A stretch of DNA of 35,076 nucleotides from an uncultured Geminicoccaceae bacterium (GTDB taxonomy: Bacteria > Pseudomonadota > Alphaproteobacteria > Geminicoccales > Geminicoccaceae): contig CAYUKE010000001.1 of assembly GCA_964445185.1 (NCBI GenBank), positions 1 to 35,076 on the forward strand, written 5' to 3'. A program made the position numbers and the translations under genes. Below the pieces are notes generated by a model, which was not told the DNA's origin, did no database searches, and saw only the letters and a program-made list of their open reading frames with translations. Shown here one piece after another: positions 9,011-18,486 of the stretch. Every line of letters begins with the position of its first letter. Positions within the stretch are counted from its first letter, which is position 1.

Positions 9011-9991
9011 TCAGAGCAAGCCCTCGGCGCGGAAGCTCGTTTGGCGCCCCCTGCCGACGATCACGTGATCATAAACCAGGACGTTGAGAGCCGCCAAAGC
9101 TTCCACGACCCTGCGTGTTGTTGTGACGTCTTCGGGCGAGGGCGTCGGGTCACCCGACGGGTGGTTATGGACGAGGATGAGCGCGACGGCGCCGAGTTCG
9201 AGCGCTCGTTTCGCGATCTCGCGTGGGTAGAGCGGCGTATGGTCTACGGTCCCACGGCCGAGCCGTTCGTCGCGGATCAGGCGGTTCTGCGTGTCGAGGA
9301 AGAGCGCATGGAACTCCTCGACGGTCTCCTGGGCCAAAGCGCTCGCTAGGTACGCCTCGAGCGCCTCCGGCGAGCCGATGAGCGGTGTCTCGCGGAGCCC
9401 GGTTCGACGTGCGCGGACATCGATCTCGCGCACCAGCTTGCAGAGAACGGCGGTGAACCGACGCTCCTCGTCGTCGCGGAAGTCGCCAACCTCCTGGAGA
9501 CGTGCCGGCTCGGCGGCGAGCACGGAGGCAAGGTCGCCGAAGCGCGCCAGCAGAGCCTTCGCGAGCGGCTTGGTATCCCGCGTCCGAATGGAGAAGAAGA
9601 GCAGGAGTTCCAGCAGCTCGTAGTCGGCGAGCGCATCCGGACCGGCGTCGAGAAAGCGTGTCCGGAGCCGATCGCGGTGGCCGTGATAGTGCTTCGTGCC
9701 GTGTGGCGCCGGGTCGTAGGACACTTGGCGTTCGGCGAGGCCGGCCGCGGCTGGTGCTCGAATCAGCGCCGCCACCGTGGCCAGGCCATCCGCATCCGCG
9801 AAGTGCCACGTCTTGGTTTCCGCCTGCCAGTCGCCGCCGGCCTGACGCAGCGCATGGTGGTGGCGGTAGGTCTCCCCGGTCACGAAGAACCCCCGGTCCG
9901 TCGCGTGAACCCGCAAGCCGACCAGCTCGAGTTCCTGCAAGGGTTGAGGCGGTGGGCGACGACCGATGAGCTGTGACCAGAAGCTCGTCAT
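9011..9991 (-). CDS. radC: RadC-family JAB/MPN domain protein with an N-terminal extension
   Basis: The C-terminal 225 aa or so are typical of RadC/UPF0758: [32 protein letters not shown], a helix-hairpin-helix region, and the JAB motif '[22 protein letters not shown]'. The ORF starts 6 nt after the map stop. That adds about 95 N-terminal residues not normally found in RadC. Confidence 0.85.
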   Translation of the reverse strand: MTSFWSQLIGRRPPPQPLQELELVGLRVHATDRGFFVTGETYRHHHALRQAGGDWQAETKTWHFADADGLATVAALIRAPAAAGLAERQVSYDPAPHGTKHYHGHRDRLRTRFLDAGPDALADYELLELLLFFSIRTRDTKPLAKALLARFGDLASVLAAEPARLQEVGDFRDDEERRFTAVLCKLVREIDVRARRTGLRETPLIGSPEALEAYLASALAQETVEEFHALFLDTQNRLIRDERLGRGTVDHTPLYPREIAKRALELGAVALILVHNHPSGDPTPSPEDVTTTRRVVEALAALNVLVYDHVIVGRGRQTSFRAEGLL

Positions 9992-9997
9992 GACCGC

Positions 9998-10807
9998 TTA
10001 CCAGGCCGGGTGGTGGCGGCCTGCCGGCGACAGCGTGAAGACCTCGCAGCCGTCGTCGGTCACCCCGATCGTGTGCTCGAATTGCGCGGAGAGCTGGCGG
10101 TCCTTGGTGACGACGGTCCAGCCGTCGGCGAGCAGCTTAGTCTCGAAGGTCCCGAGATTGATCATCGGTTCGACGGTGAAGATCATCCCGGCCTCTAGGC
10201 AAAGACCATCACCGCGGTTGCCGTAGTGCAGCACGCTCGGCACGTCGTGGAAGACCCGGCCGATCCCGTGGCCGCAGTAGTCGCGGACGACCGAGCAGCG
10301 ATGCGCCTCGGCGTGCGCCTGGATCGCGAAGCCGACATCGCCGAGCGTCGCGCCCGGCCGGATCTGCTCGATCCCCTTCCAAAGCGCTTCGAAGGTGACC
10401 CGACACAGTCGTCGCGCCTTGAGTGCCGGGTTACCGGCAAAGAACATGCGCGAGCTGTCGCCGTGCCATCCGCCGAGGATCACCGTGACGTCGATGTTGA
10501 GGACGTCGCCGTCCTTGAGCGTGCGATCGCCAGGAATCCCGTGGCAGACGATGTGGTTGAGCGAGATGCAGGTCGCTTTGGGGTACCCGCGATAGCCTAG
10601 CGGTGCCGGCGTAGCGCCGGCGGCCAAGATGGCTTCGTGGCAAAGGCGATCGAGTTCGCCGGTGGTCATGCCGGGGCGCACGAGCGGGTCGATCATGTCG
10701 AGAATTTCGGCGGCGAGGCGGCCTGCCCGTCGCATGCCCTCGAAGGCGGCCACGCCATGAATCGGCACGGCATGTGGCGTACGGTGTTGGAGGGCGGTGC
10801 GGTTCAT
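9998..10807 (-). CDS. map: type I methionine aminopeptidase
   Basis: All five metal ligand contexts are present: [23 protein letters not shown] and QFEHTIGVT. The track ORF runs to 10876. The ATG at 10807 overlaps the sfsA stop (ATGA) and yields a normal protein of about 269 aa beginning MNRTALQ. Confidence 0.92.
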   Translation of the reverse strand: MNRTALQHRTPHAVPIHGVAAFEGMRRAGRLAAEILDMIDPLVRPGMTTGELDRLCHEAILAAGATPAPLGYRGYPKATCISLNHIVCHGIPGDRTLKDGDVLNIDVTVILGGWHGDSSRMFFAGNPALKARRLCRVTFEALWKGIEQIRPGATLGDVGFAIQAHAEAHRCSVVRDYCGHGIGRVFHDVPSVLHYGNRGDGLCLEAGMIFTVEPMINLGTFETKLLADGWTVVTKDRQLSAQFEHTIGVTDDGCEVFTLSPAGRHHPAW

Positions 10808-11517
10808 GCGGCGTCGGCTTCCAGGTCGATCGGCAGCGGCCGACTGAGCTCGATGCCATCGAGAGCCACTCGACACGCGTAAGCGACGATTTCAACGCCC
10901 GCCGCGGCCGCCACTACGCACGCTTCGGCATAATGGGGGTCGATGTCACGCGCGAGTTTAAGCGCCGCACAATCATCACGTTGCACAACGTAGACCAGTG
11001 CGCCCCGATCGCCAATCGCGACCTGCGCTCGAAGCTCGCGCAGGTGCTTGGCCCCACGCGTGGTGACCGCGTCCGGGAAGCGCGCGTCCTCGCCGACGCG
11101 CCAATGCACGTTGTTCACCTCGACCCAGCAGCGCCCCCGACGAGCGTCCTCGAGCAACAGATCGATGCGTGAATTCTCAGAGCCGTAGCGGACCTCGCTA
11201 CGGACCCCGCTATAGCCGGTGAACGTGGCGAGCCGCCCATCGGCGAGCGCTTCGCGCACCAGCCGATTCGGCATGGCGGTATTGATGCCGACGAGCGTGC
11301 CGTCAGCCTCGACCAGCTCCAAGCCGTAGGCGAGGCTGCGCCCGGGCGGTGCGGCGCGCAGCCAGACGCGGAGTCCGGGCGCGTTCAGTCCCAGCATGCG
11401 CCCGGGGTTGGGGCAGTGTGCCGTTACGACAGTGCCGTCGGCCAACGCGACGTCCGCGAGGAAACGCTTGTATCGACGGATCAGGGTGCCGGCGGTTAGC
11501 GTCGGAAGCGCGACCAT
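10804..11517 (-). CDS. sfsA: sugar fermentation stimulation protein SfsA (nuclease-like DNA-binding protein)
   Basis: The N-terminus 'GTLIRRYKRFLADVALADGTVVTAHCPNPGRMLGL' is the hallmark of SfsA. The 237-aa length also fits. Confidence 0.9.
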   Translation of the reverse strand: MVALPTLTAGTLIRRYKRFLADVALADGTVVTAHCPNPGRMLGLNAPGLRVWLRAAPPGRSLAYGLELVEADGTLVGINTAMPNRLVREALADGRLATFTGYSGVRSEVRYGSENSRIDLLLEDARRGRCWVEVNNVHWRVGEDARFPDAVTTRGAKHLRELRAQVAIGDRGALVYVVQRDDCAALKLARDIDPHYAEACVVAAAAGVEIVAYACRVALDGIELSRPLPIDLEADAA

Positions 11518-11587
11518 GATCTCTTGAGCGCTCGGTGCTGATCACGTCCCGTCGCTCCGCAGCGACCGGCGTCGCCGTAAACGACGC

Positions 11588-11615
11588 GAGCCCCGGGCGG
11601 GGGGACCCGGGGCTC
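11588..11615 (-). terminator. hairpin terminator candidate after the phasin gene
   Basis: A 10-bp GC stem (gagccccggg / cccggggctc) with an 8-nt loop lies about 60 nt downstream of the phasin stop. On the minus strand it is followed by gcgtcgtttac, a short T run. Confidence 0.4.
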
Positions 11616-11673
11616 AGCGGAGCGGAGCAGGCGACAGGGAGGGAACCGCCTGTTCCGATTGCGCGGAAGTTGC

Positions 11674-12036
11674 TCAGGCGGCGATCTTCTGGATCTCGTC
11701 GACGTTCTGTTGCGCGCGCTTCGTCAGCAGATCCATCGCCTGGGCCTGGGCCTTCATGCCGAGGTCCATCTGCGCCTGGGCGATCTTGACGGCCTGTTCG
11801 GCGGTCGACTTGACGTCGGCGAGGTAGGCTTCCGGCTTCTTGTCGATGTCGACTTTTCCGCTCATCGTCGACTGCATCTTGTCGAGCATCTCAGCGACAA
11901 AGCCGTACTGGATCTTCGCCGCCGCCTGCACGGCATCGAGCATGACTTTCTGCGCTTGGACGAGCGTCTCCACGTTCGCCTTCTGCATGGCGAACAGCGC
12001 TTCCATGTCGAGCTGGGGGACGGCTACGGGCTTCAT
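11674..12036 (-). CDS. phaP: phasin family protein (PHA granule-associated)
   Basis: This 120-aa Ala/Gln/Lys-rich helical protein carries the phasin-type start 'LDMEALFAMQKANVETLVQAQKVMLDAVQAAAKIQ'. There are no TM segments or signal peptide. Confidence 0.8.
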   Translation of the reverse strand: MKPVAVPQLDMEALFAMQKANVETLVQAQKVMLDAVQAAAKIQYGFVAEMLDKMQSTMSGKVDIDKKPEAYLADVKSTAEQAVKIAQAQMDLGMKAQAQAMDLLTKRAQQNVDEIQKIAA

Positions 12037-12081
12037 GTTCGTGACCTCACTGCTAGGACGTCACCTTGATACGCCCCCTCT

Positions 12082-12115
12082 TGCTGCACTGCAACAAAGT
12101 TGTTGCAGTGCAGCA
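12082..12115. promoter_or_regulatory. perfect 16+2+16 palindrome upstream of the phasin gene, candidate PhaR-type operator
   Basis: The sequence is tgctgcactgcaacaa-ag-ttgttgcagtgcagca. It lies 46-79 bp upstream of the phasin ATG in a locally AT-richer intergenic stretch. Each arm contains a CTGC-N3-GCA element. Confidence 0.45.
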
Positions 12116-12123
12116 TTGGACTT

Positions 12124-13746
12124 TTAGCGCGTCCCTGTGAGCGCGTGCCGATCCTCCCGCATCATCGCCGCCGCCTTCTCGGCGATCATCAGGACGGGTG
12201 CGTTGGTGTTGCCCGAGGTGATCGTCGGCATGATCGAGGCGTCGGCGACGCGTAGTCCGGCGACCCCGTGCAGGCGCAACCGCGCGTCGACGACAGCCCT
12301 GTCGTCGACGCCCATCCGACAGCTGCCGACCGGGTGAAAGATGGTCGTCCCGATCTGGCCGGCTGCTGTCACGAGCTCATCGTCACTGGCAAAGCTCGGG
12401 CCCGGCCTGAACTCGCTGGGGGCGAACCGGGCGAGGGGGGCCGCTTCGGCGATGCGCCGGGTCAGCCGGATCGCCGCCACAGCGGTGCGCTGATCGCGAC
12501 CGGTGGCCAGGTAGTTGGGCCGGATCGACGGCGGCGCGCGATCGTCGGGGCTTGCCGCGTGCACCCATCCACGGCTGGTCGGCCGCAGATTGCAGACCGA
12601 TGCGGTAAACGCCGGAAACTCGTGCAGCGGCTCGCCGAAGCGGTCGAGGCTCAGTGGCTGCACGTGATACTCGAGATCCGGCGTCGCGAGGGCCGGATCA
12701 CTGCGTGTGAAGGCGCCGAGTTGGCTCGGCGCCATGGTCAGCGGGCCGCGACGCAGGAAGACATACTCGAGCCCCATGCCGAGCTTGCCCCAGATGCTGT
12801 TGGCGCGCTCGTTCAGGGTCTTCGTGCCTGCAACCCGAAACGCGACGCGGAGCTGAAGGTGGTCTTGGAGGTTTTCGCCGACCGCCGGGGCGTGGTGGCG
12901 AACCTGGAGGCCCAGATCCTGTAGGCGTGCACCGTCGCCGATGCCCGAAAGCTCCAGAACATGCGGCGAGCCGATGGCACCGGCCGCGAGCACCAGCTCG
13001 CCCGCGACCTCAACCCGGGCGTGATCACCGGCCAGATCGACCTCGAGCCCGTCGACTCGGCCGCCGTCGATCAGGATCCGCTGCGCCCGCGCCCTGGTCA
13101 GGACGCGCAGATTGGCGCGCGCACGAACCGGTTCGAGGAATGCTCGGCCGGTGTGCCACCGCACGCCGCGCCGTTGGTTGACCTGGAAGTAGCCGCAGCC
13201 CTCGTTGTCACCGTCATTGAAGTCGTCGGTCTTCGGAATGCCGCACACGGCGGCGGCCTCGCGCCAAGCATCGAGGATCTCCCAGGAGAGGCGCAGCGGT
13301 TCCACCCGCCACTCGCCGCCTACCCCGTGTACGGCGTCCCCGCCGCCGAAGTGGTCCTCAGAGCGCTTGAAGACGGGCAGGACGTCGTCCCAGCCCCAGC
13401 CGACATTTCCGAGCTGCCGCCACTGGTCGTAGTCCTGCGCCTGGCCGCGCATGTAGATCATGCCGTTGATCGCCGAGCAGCCGCCGATGACCCGACCGCG
13501 CGGATAGTTCAGCGCACGGCCACCGAGGCCCGGCTCGGGCTCGGTTTTGAAGCACCAGTCGGTGCGCGGCTTGTTCTGCGTATAGAGATAGCCGACGGGA
13601 ACATCGATCCAGACCCAGTTGGCCTCACCCCCGGCCTCCAGCAGCAAGACGTTGACGTCGGGATCGGCTGACAGCCGGTTCGCGAGCACACAACCAGCCG
13701 TGCCCGCGCCGACGATGACGTAGTCCCAGCGTCCGAGATCCTGCAT
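12124..13746 (-). CDS. GMC family FAD-dependent oxidoreductase (choline/alcohol dehydrogenase-like)
   Basis: It carries an N-terminal FAD fold, 'DYVIVGAGTAGCVLANRLSADPDVNVLLLEAGG'. The C-terminal GMC signatures 'HPVGSCRMG' and 'ITSGNTNAPVLMIAEKAA' are also present. The ATG at 13746 has a GGGGAG Shine-Dalgarno sequence 7 nt upstream. The track start at 13788 is a GTG with no Shine-Dalgarno sequence. Confidence 0.9.
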   Translation of the reverse strand: MQDLGRWDYVIVGAGTAGCVLANRLSADPDVNVLLLEAGGEANWVWIDVPVGYLYTQNKPRTDWCFKTEPEPGLGGRALNYPRGRVIGGCSAINGMIYMRGQAQDYDQWRQLGNVGWGWDDVLPVFKRSEDHFGGGDAVHGVGGEWRVEPLRLSWEILDAWREAAAVCGIPKTDDFNDGDNEGCGYFQVNQRRGVRWHTGRAFLEPVRARANLRVLTRARAQRILIDGGRVDGLEVDLAGDHARVEVAGELVLAAGAIGSPHVLELSGIGDGARLQDLGLQVRHHAPAVGENLQDHLQLRVAFRVAGTKTLNERANSIWGKLGMGLEYVFLRRGPLTMAPSQLGAFTRSDPALATPDLEYHVQPLSLDRFGEPLHEFPAFTASVCNLRPTSRGWVHAASPDDRAPPSIRPNYLATGRDQRTAVAAIRLTRRIAEAAPLARFAPSEFRPGPSFASDDELVTAAGQIGTTIFHPVGSCRMGVDDRAVVDARLRLHGVAGLRVADASIMPTITSGNTNAPVLMIAEKAAAMMREDRHALTGTR

Positions 13747-13872
13747 GGCGCCGCTCCCCGCTTTCGTGCGTCCTAGAGCGTCGGGCACGCGCGCGCCAGC
13801 GGGTGTGGGGCGTTGGATGAGACAACGCCCGGCATGCCGCCGGGCGTCCTCGGACAGGGCGTCGTGCGGAAC

Positions 13873-14445
13873 TCAGGCGGCGTCCTGCTTCATCGCGCTG
13901 GTCCAGCCGAACTTGGCGAACGGGGCGTCGACCGGCGTGTCCTTGAGGTGGTTCACGTAGTTGCTCATGACCTTGTAGCTGAGCGCGAGGACGACCTCGA
14001 GGATGGTCTGGTCGGTGTAGCCGTGCGCTTTCAGTGCTGTCGCATCGCCGTCGTCGATCCAGCCGCGCTTGTCGGCCATCGCTGTCGCAAAACGGCGCAA
14101 CGCTTCGAGCTTCGGGTCGGCGATCCGTGCACCGGTGCGCAGCGACTCGAGCACGTCGGCCGGCATCTGCTCCATGGTCGCGATCATCGAGTGCGCAGCC
14201 ATGCAATAATGACAATCATGGTAGTAGTTGATGCTCATCAGGACGACTTGCCGTTCGAGCACCGACATTGAGGTTTGGGCGTAGAGGTCACCAACCGTCT
14301 TGTATGCCTCCAGCAGCGGTGGCGCCTCAGCCATCACGCCGTGGAGGTTCGGCACGAACTTGTACTTCGCAAGCGAGTCCTCCAGCGCCGGCTTAGCGGC
14401 GTCCGGCGCGGACTCAACGGTGTGAGTGGGCAGATCGAGCGGCAT
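13873..14445 (-). CDS. carboxymuconolactone decarboxylase / AhpD-like family protein
   Basis: The AhpD-type CxxC motif sits in 'NYYHDCHYCMAAHS'. The 190-aa size fits the family. An AAGGA Shine-Dalgarno sequence lies 9 nt upstream. Confidence 0.8.
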   Translation of the reverse strand: MPLDLPTHTVESAPDAAKPALEDSLAKYKFVPNLHGVMAEAPPLLEAYKTVGDLYAQTSMSVLERQVVLMSINYYHDCHYCMAAHSMIATMEQMPADVLESLRTGARIADPKLEALRRFATAMADKRGWIDDGDATALKAHGYTDQTILEVVLALSYKVMSNYVNHLKDTPVDAPFAKFGWTSAMKQDAA

Positions 14446-14699
14446 TGGGCGATCCTTTCATGGTCCGGGTTAGCGCTGAGCAAGCCGGCCTCGTCGAGCC
14501 GCCGCATCGGCGGCGAGGTCTGACGGTATGGCCGTTGGGACGCGCACGCCCTGTTTGATGATCGACACGCCGGCGCCGCTACGCCGCCAGCGGTCACGAC
14601 CGAGCGAGCAGCCTCTTCCCGCGGCCGGGCGGGCCGTAGCGGCGCCGGCAGCCGTTCGTGCGAAGGCCATAGAGCCACCCGGCGGACGGCCGTTGTCGT

Positions 14700-15302
14700 T
14701 CAGCTTTCGACGTCGACGCGGCGCAGCTCGGTGTTGATGGTGATCTCGACCGTGTCGGAGGTGAGCGGCGCGTACGCGCCCAAGTCCCACGCGCTACGCG
14801 GCACCATCGCCGTCGCGGCGAAACCGACATAGTCGGCCTGGTAGGCTTCGACGAACTCGCCCAGCGGGTGCGGACCGTCGAAGGTCAGCGTCGCGTCGAG
14901 GGTGACCGGATGCGTGATACCCTTAATCGTCAGATCGCCGTCGATTAGCGCCCGGTCGGTGGCGACTTGACGCACCGCCGTGCTGACGAAGCGGATCTCC
15001 GGGTGGCTCTCGACATCGAACCAATCACCGGACACGAGGTGCTCGTCGAAGAGCTCGAAGCCGGTGTGGATCGAGGCCGGATCGATCGTGACATCGACGC
15101 GCGACGCCGCCACGTCGTCGCGCTCGATGACGATCTCACCGTCTAGTCCGGTGAACTCGGCCGTCTGGGTCGAGATGCCAGCGTGGGTCCAGCTGAACAG
15201 GACCTCGGTGTGGCCTTCGTCGAATTGATAATTCTCCTGGGCCAGGACGGGCGCGGTGGTCAGCGCAAGCGCTGCGGTGAGGGCGAAGGGGCGAAGAGAC
15301 AT
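14700..15302 (-). CDS. YceI family periplasmic protein
   Basis: From the ATG at 15302 the protein starts with a signal peptide, MSLRPFALTAALALTTAPVLAQ. This is followed by the YceI pattern 'FDEGHTEVLFSWTHAG ... GDLTIKGITHPVTLD'. A GGAGGA Shine-Dalgarno sequence lies upstream. The 93 codons further upstream in the track ORF are Arg/Ser-rich and lack support. Confidence 0.85.
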   Translation of the reverse strand: MSLRPFALTAALALTTAPVLAQENYQFDEGHTEVLFSWTHAGISTQTAEFTGLDGEIVIERDDVAASRVDVTIDPASIHTGFELFDEHLVSGDWFDVESHPEIRFVSTAVRQVATDRALIDGDLTIKGITHPVTLDATLTFDGPHPLGEFVEAYQADYVGFAATAMVPRSAWDLGAYAPLTSDTVEITINTELRRVDVES

Positions 15303-15471
15303 GGTCGTTCCTCCAGTAGCGTGACGCCCATGAGATGGGCCGTTGCGGTCGGCGGAACGAGGAGCCGACGGTAAAATGACCGTTTCCTCCGCTGGAACGA
15401 TCGCTCGCTCTAGGTTGGGTATTGCGTTAGCGAGGCGGGCGCGGCGAAACCGCCTACTATCATCATGTCCT

Positions 15472-16797
15472 TCAGTACTGACGCAGCAACGTCTCAGCTT
15501 TGTCAAAGATCTCATCGACGTGAACTTTTTCGACGACGAGCGGCGGCGCGATGATACCGCAGTCGCCGGTGAACTTAACATGCAGCCCCGCGGCGAAGAA
15601 TCGCTTGGTCGCGTCGAGGCCGCGGGCGCCGGCAGGCCCGTGCGGTGCCAGGTCGACCCCGCCGATCAGCCCGTAGCCGCGAATATCGGTGACTATCGGG
15701 ACGTCCCGCAGGGCGAACAGCCGCTCTTGGAAGTAGGGTGCGATCGCCGCGCCACGGGCGAACACGTCCTCCCGAGCGAAGATGTCTTGGACGACGATGC
15801 CGGCGGCGGAGGCTGCGGGGTGACCCGAGTAGGTATAGCCGTGGAAGAACTCGATCGTTTCGTCGGGTGCGGCGTGGACCACCGCATCGTAGATGCGTTC
15901 GTCAACGGCGACCGCACCCATCGGCTGGCAACCGTTGGTGATCGCCTTAGCCATGGTGATGACGTCCGGCCGCACGCCGAAGCTCTGGGCGGCGAACGCC
16001 TCACCGGTGCGCCCGAAGCCGGTGATGACCTCGTCGAAGACCAGAAGGATGCCGTGGCGATCGCAGATCTCGCGCAAGCGCTCCAAGTAGCCCACAGGCG
16101 GCACCAGCGTTCCGGTCGAGCCGGCAATCGGCTCGACGAAGCAGGCGGCGATCGTGTCCGCACCGTAGAGCTCGCAGAAGCGCTCGAGATCCTCGGCCAG
16201 ATCGGCGCCGCTCGGAGGCTGGCCCGGGCTGAAGCGGTTCGCCTCCAGCCAGGTGTGGCGCATGTGCGCGACCGGAAACGTCACCGGATTGAACACGTGC
16301 CTGTTCTTGACCATGCCCGACAGTGACGTCCCCGCGATGTTGACGCCGTGGTAGGCACGCTCGCGCGACACGAAGCGCGTCCGCTGGCCATCGCCCCGGG
16401 CTCGGTGATAGGCGAGCGCGATCTTGAGCGCGGTGTCCACCGCCTCGGAGCCGGAGCACGCGAAGAAGATCCGGCCCATGTTCTCGGGCAGGATACGGGC
16501 GAGGCGGCTCGCCAGCTCGAAGCTCAGGCGGTGCCCGGCTTGAAAGTGCGGTGCGTAGTCCAGCGTCATCAGCTGGGCGTGGACGGCGTCCGCAATCTCT
16601 TGGCGGCCGTGCCCCAGCGCGCAGCAGAACAAGCCGGAGCTGCCGTCGATGATCCGTTCGCCACGCTCGTCCCAGAAGTAAAGGCCCTCGGCGCGTGCCA
16701 TCAGGCGCGGCTGCGCCTTGAAGTCACGGTTGGCCGTGAACGGGCACCAATGATGTTCGAGCGTGTTGCTCTGTATCAGGCCGCCAGCCTCGTCCAT
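15472..16797 (-). CDS. class III aminotransferase, omega-amino acid (beta-alanine)--pyruvate aminotransferase-like
   Basis: 'HHWCPFTANRDFKAQPR', 'SGSEAVDTALKIALAYH', 'LVPPVGYLERLREICDRHGILLVFDEVITGFGRTG' and the PLP-Lys context 'ITMAKAITNG' match omega-transaminases of the BauA type. The start is set at the ATG at 16797 (MDEAGG...), giving about 441 aa. The longer track ORF adds 52 unsupported residues. Confidence 0.9.
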   Translation of the reverse strand: MDEAGGLIQSNTLEHHWCPFTANRDFKAQPRLMARAEGLYFWDERGERIIDGSSGLFCCALGHGRQEIADAVHAQLMTLDYAPHFQAGHRLSFELASRLARILPENMGRIFFACSGSEAVDTALKIALAYHRARGDGQRTRFVSRERAYHGVNIAGTSLSGMVKNRHVFNPVTFPVAHMRHTWLEANRFSPGQPPSGADLAEDLERFCELYGADTIAACFVEPIAGSTGTLVPPVGYLERLREICDRHGILLVFDEVITGFGRTGEAFAAQSFGVRPDVITMAKAITNGCQPMGAVAVDERIYDAVVHAAPDETIEFFHGYTYSGHPAASAAGIVVQDIFAREDVFARGAAIAPYFQERLFALRDVPIVTDIRGYGLIGGVDLAPHGPAGARGLDATKRFFAAGLHVKFTGDCGIIAPPLVVEKVHVDEIFDKAETLLRQY

Positions 16798-16900
16798 CGC
16801 CTTTCCCCAACCGGTTTGGCGTGGTTTAGCACGTCGCGGCCGGCTCTCGACAACGTCAGTTGGCACAGCGACAGTGCATGCATCGCTTCGAGGAACGCTC

Positions 16901-18004
16901 GTGTCCGAAGGTCTCTCGTTCGGAACCCTGGTGGTCGGCGCCGACCGGGACATCGAAGACGGCGCGCCCCTAGCGCCCGACCTCGTTTTGGCGAGCGTCT
17001 ACCACCTCACCGGTGACCCGCGTCCTGGCGTGGCCGGCTACGGCCGTATGGACAACGCCGGTTGGACGGATCTCGAGCGCCTTCTCGGCCGCCTCGACGG
17101 CGGCGAAGCTGTGGTCTTCGCCTCCGGCATGGCCGCCTGTGTCGCGGCGCTGCAGCCCTTCCTCGCGCCCGGTGACACGCTCCTGCTGCCGAGCGACGGG
17201 TATTACGGGGTTCGCCGTGTGGCGGAGGACATCCTGCAGCCCTGGGGGGTGCACGTGCGCTTGGTGCCGACGCCCGAGTTGGCGGACGGCGACGTCGCGG
17301 GGGTGCGGCTGCTGTGGCTCGAGACGCCCAGCAATCCGGGCCTCGACTGCGTCGACATCGCGGCTCTGGCCGAGCGCGCGCATGCCGTCGGCGCTAAGGT
17401 CGTTGTCGACAACACGACGCCGACCGCCTTGGGCCAGGCCCCGCTCGCGCTCGGCGCCGACATCGTGGTCGCGGCAGACACCAAGGCGCTTGCCGGCCAC
17501 AGCGATGCACTCCTCGGCCATGTCACCTGCCGGTCAGCTGATGATGCGGCCCAGGTTCGCCAGTGGCGCACGCTCACCGGAGGTATTCCTGGCGCGCTGA
17601 CGACCTATCTGGTGCATCGTGGGCTGCTGACCCTGGACGTCCGTCTCGAACGCATGTGCGCGAGCGCTGCGGCGATCGCCAGGTATCTGCACGGGCACCC
17701 GCGCGTTGAGGGTGTTCGCTACCCGGGTTTGGAGGAGGATCCGGCTCACGCCCTGGCCGCGCGTCAGATGCGCCAATACGGGTTTCTGGTTGGGATGATG
17801 TTCGAAGAGGCCAGGGCTGCGCGCGCGTTCCTAGACCGGGCGCGGCTGGTCAAGGAGGCGACGAGCTTCGGTGGCGTGCACACGACGGCTGAGCAGCGAT
17901 CACGCTGGGGCGGCGACGACGTGCCGCCGCGTTTCGTTCGCTTGAGCGTCGGGATCGAGCCAGTTCAGGATCTCCTGTCCGACATCGAGAGGGCCCTGCG
18001 GTGA
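16901..18004 (+). CDS. Cys/Met-metabolism PLP-dependent enzyme (cystathionine gamma-synthase/beta-lyase family)
   Basis: 'AVVFASGMAACVAAL', 'WLETPSNPGLDCVDI', 'VVVDNTTPTAL' and the PLP-Lys segment 'AADTKALAGHSDALLGHV' support the call. So does the C-terminal 'SFGGVHTTAEQR ... VRLSVGIE'. The start is placed at the GTG at 16901, which has a GAGGAA Shine-Dalgarno sequence 5 nt upstream. The gene is divergent from the aminotransferase. Confidence 0.85.
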   Translation: MSEGLSFGTLVVGADRDIEDGAPLAPDLVLASVYHLTGDPRPGVAGYGRMDNAGWTDLERLLGRLDGGEAVVFASGMAACVAALQPFLAPGDTLLLPSDGYYGVRRVAEDILQPWGVHVRLVPTPELADGDVAGVRLLWLETPSNPGLDCVDIAALAERAHAVGAKVVVDNTTPTALGQAPLALGADIVVAADTKALAGHSDALLGHVTCRSADDAAQVRQWRTLTGGIPGALTTYLVHRGLLTLDVRLERMCASAAAIARYLHGHPRVEGVRYPGLEEDPAHALAARQMRQYGFLVGMMFEEARAARAFLDRARLVKEATSFGGVHTTAEQRSRWGGDDVPPRFVRLSVGIEPVQDLLSDIERALR

Positions 18005-18486
18005 GGAGTGTAGTTCTGCTCGCGGCCGCTATGCTGGCCGCCTGGCCCGCGGTCGCCGCCGACTGGCTCGAAGGTAGGTTCGTGAGCGAGGGTTCCGAGG
18101 TGTCGCTCCAGGTAGCTCGGGACGACGGCGGCGAGCTGGTCATTGCATTCGAAGGCGTAGAGATGCTTGGGGCGACGACGGTCCGTCTTCGGCCGGAAGC
18201 CGATGGCGGGCGCCTCGTCGAGGACGCGGCGCCGCTCGCCTGGTGGCAACGGGCCATGGGCCGGGAAGCTGAGGCGCTACCCTTCGAGGGTGAGCGGCTG
18301 AGTTTCGGTCACGTTGATAGCGAGCTGCTGGTACTCAGCATGCTCGCGGTCGATGCGCGCGGGCGGCCGACGTTCGACCGCTTTGCCATCTCGTCCCACC
18401 GCGCGGGCGTTCGTGTTGACCATCAACGCTACACTAGCGACGGGCTGACGAAGTCTCTGCCCGTGCTTCTCGAACGGGTGCCTTGA
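18001..18486 (+). CDS. hypothetical secreted protein (paralog 1)
   Basis: The GTG start overlaps the upstream stop (GTGA). A GAGAGGG Shine-Dalgarno sequence lies upstream. The signal peptide is MRSVVLLAAAMLAAWPAVAA. I recognise no family. Confidence 0.6.
   Translation: MRSVVLLAAAMLAAWPAVAADWLEGRFVSEGSEVSLQVARDDGGELVIAFEGVEMLGATTVRLRPEADGGRLVEDAAPLAWWQRAMGREAEALPFEGERLSFGHVDSELLVLSMLAVDARGRPTFDRFAISSHRAGVRVDHQRYTSDGLTKSLPVLLERVP

Noticed and set aside
12082-12115. The 34-bp palindrome read as a rho-independent terminator of the GMC oxidoreductase gene.
   Set aside because: There is no U-tract after the stem on the minus strand, and a perfect palindrome leaves only a 2-nt loop. An operator role for the downstream phasin promoter fits better, but termination cannot be excluded.
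14446-14699. A 254-bp non-coding gap between the YceI and AhpD-like genes contains GC-rich hairpins (for example cctcgccgccg-atg-cggcgg..cgagg on the minus strand). It was considered as a small RNA or riboswitch.
   Set aside because: It resembles no riboswitch or sRNA class that I can recognise. The hairpins are explained adequately as the YceI terminator plus the AhpD-like promoter and leader. The only ORF in the gap (14528-14737) is an Arg/Ala-rich shadow.
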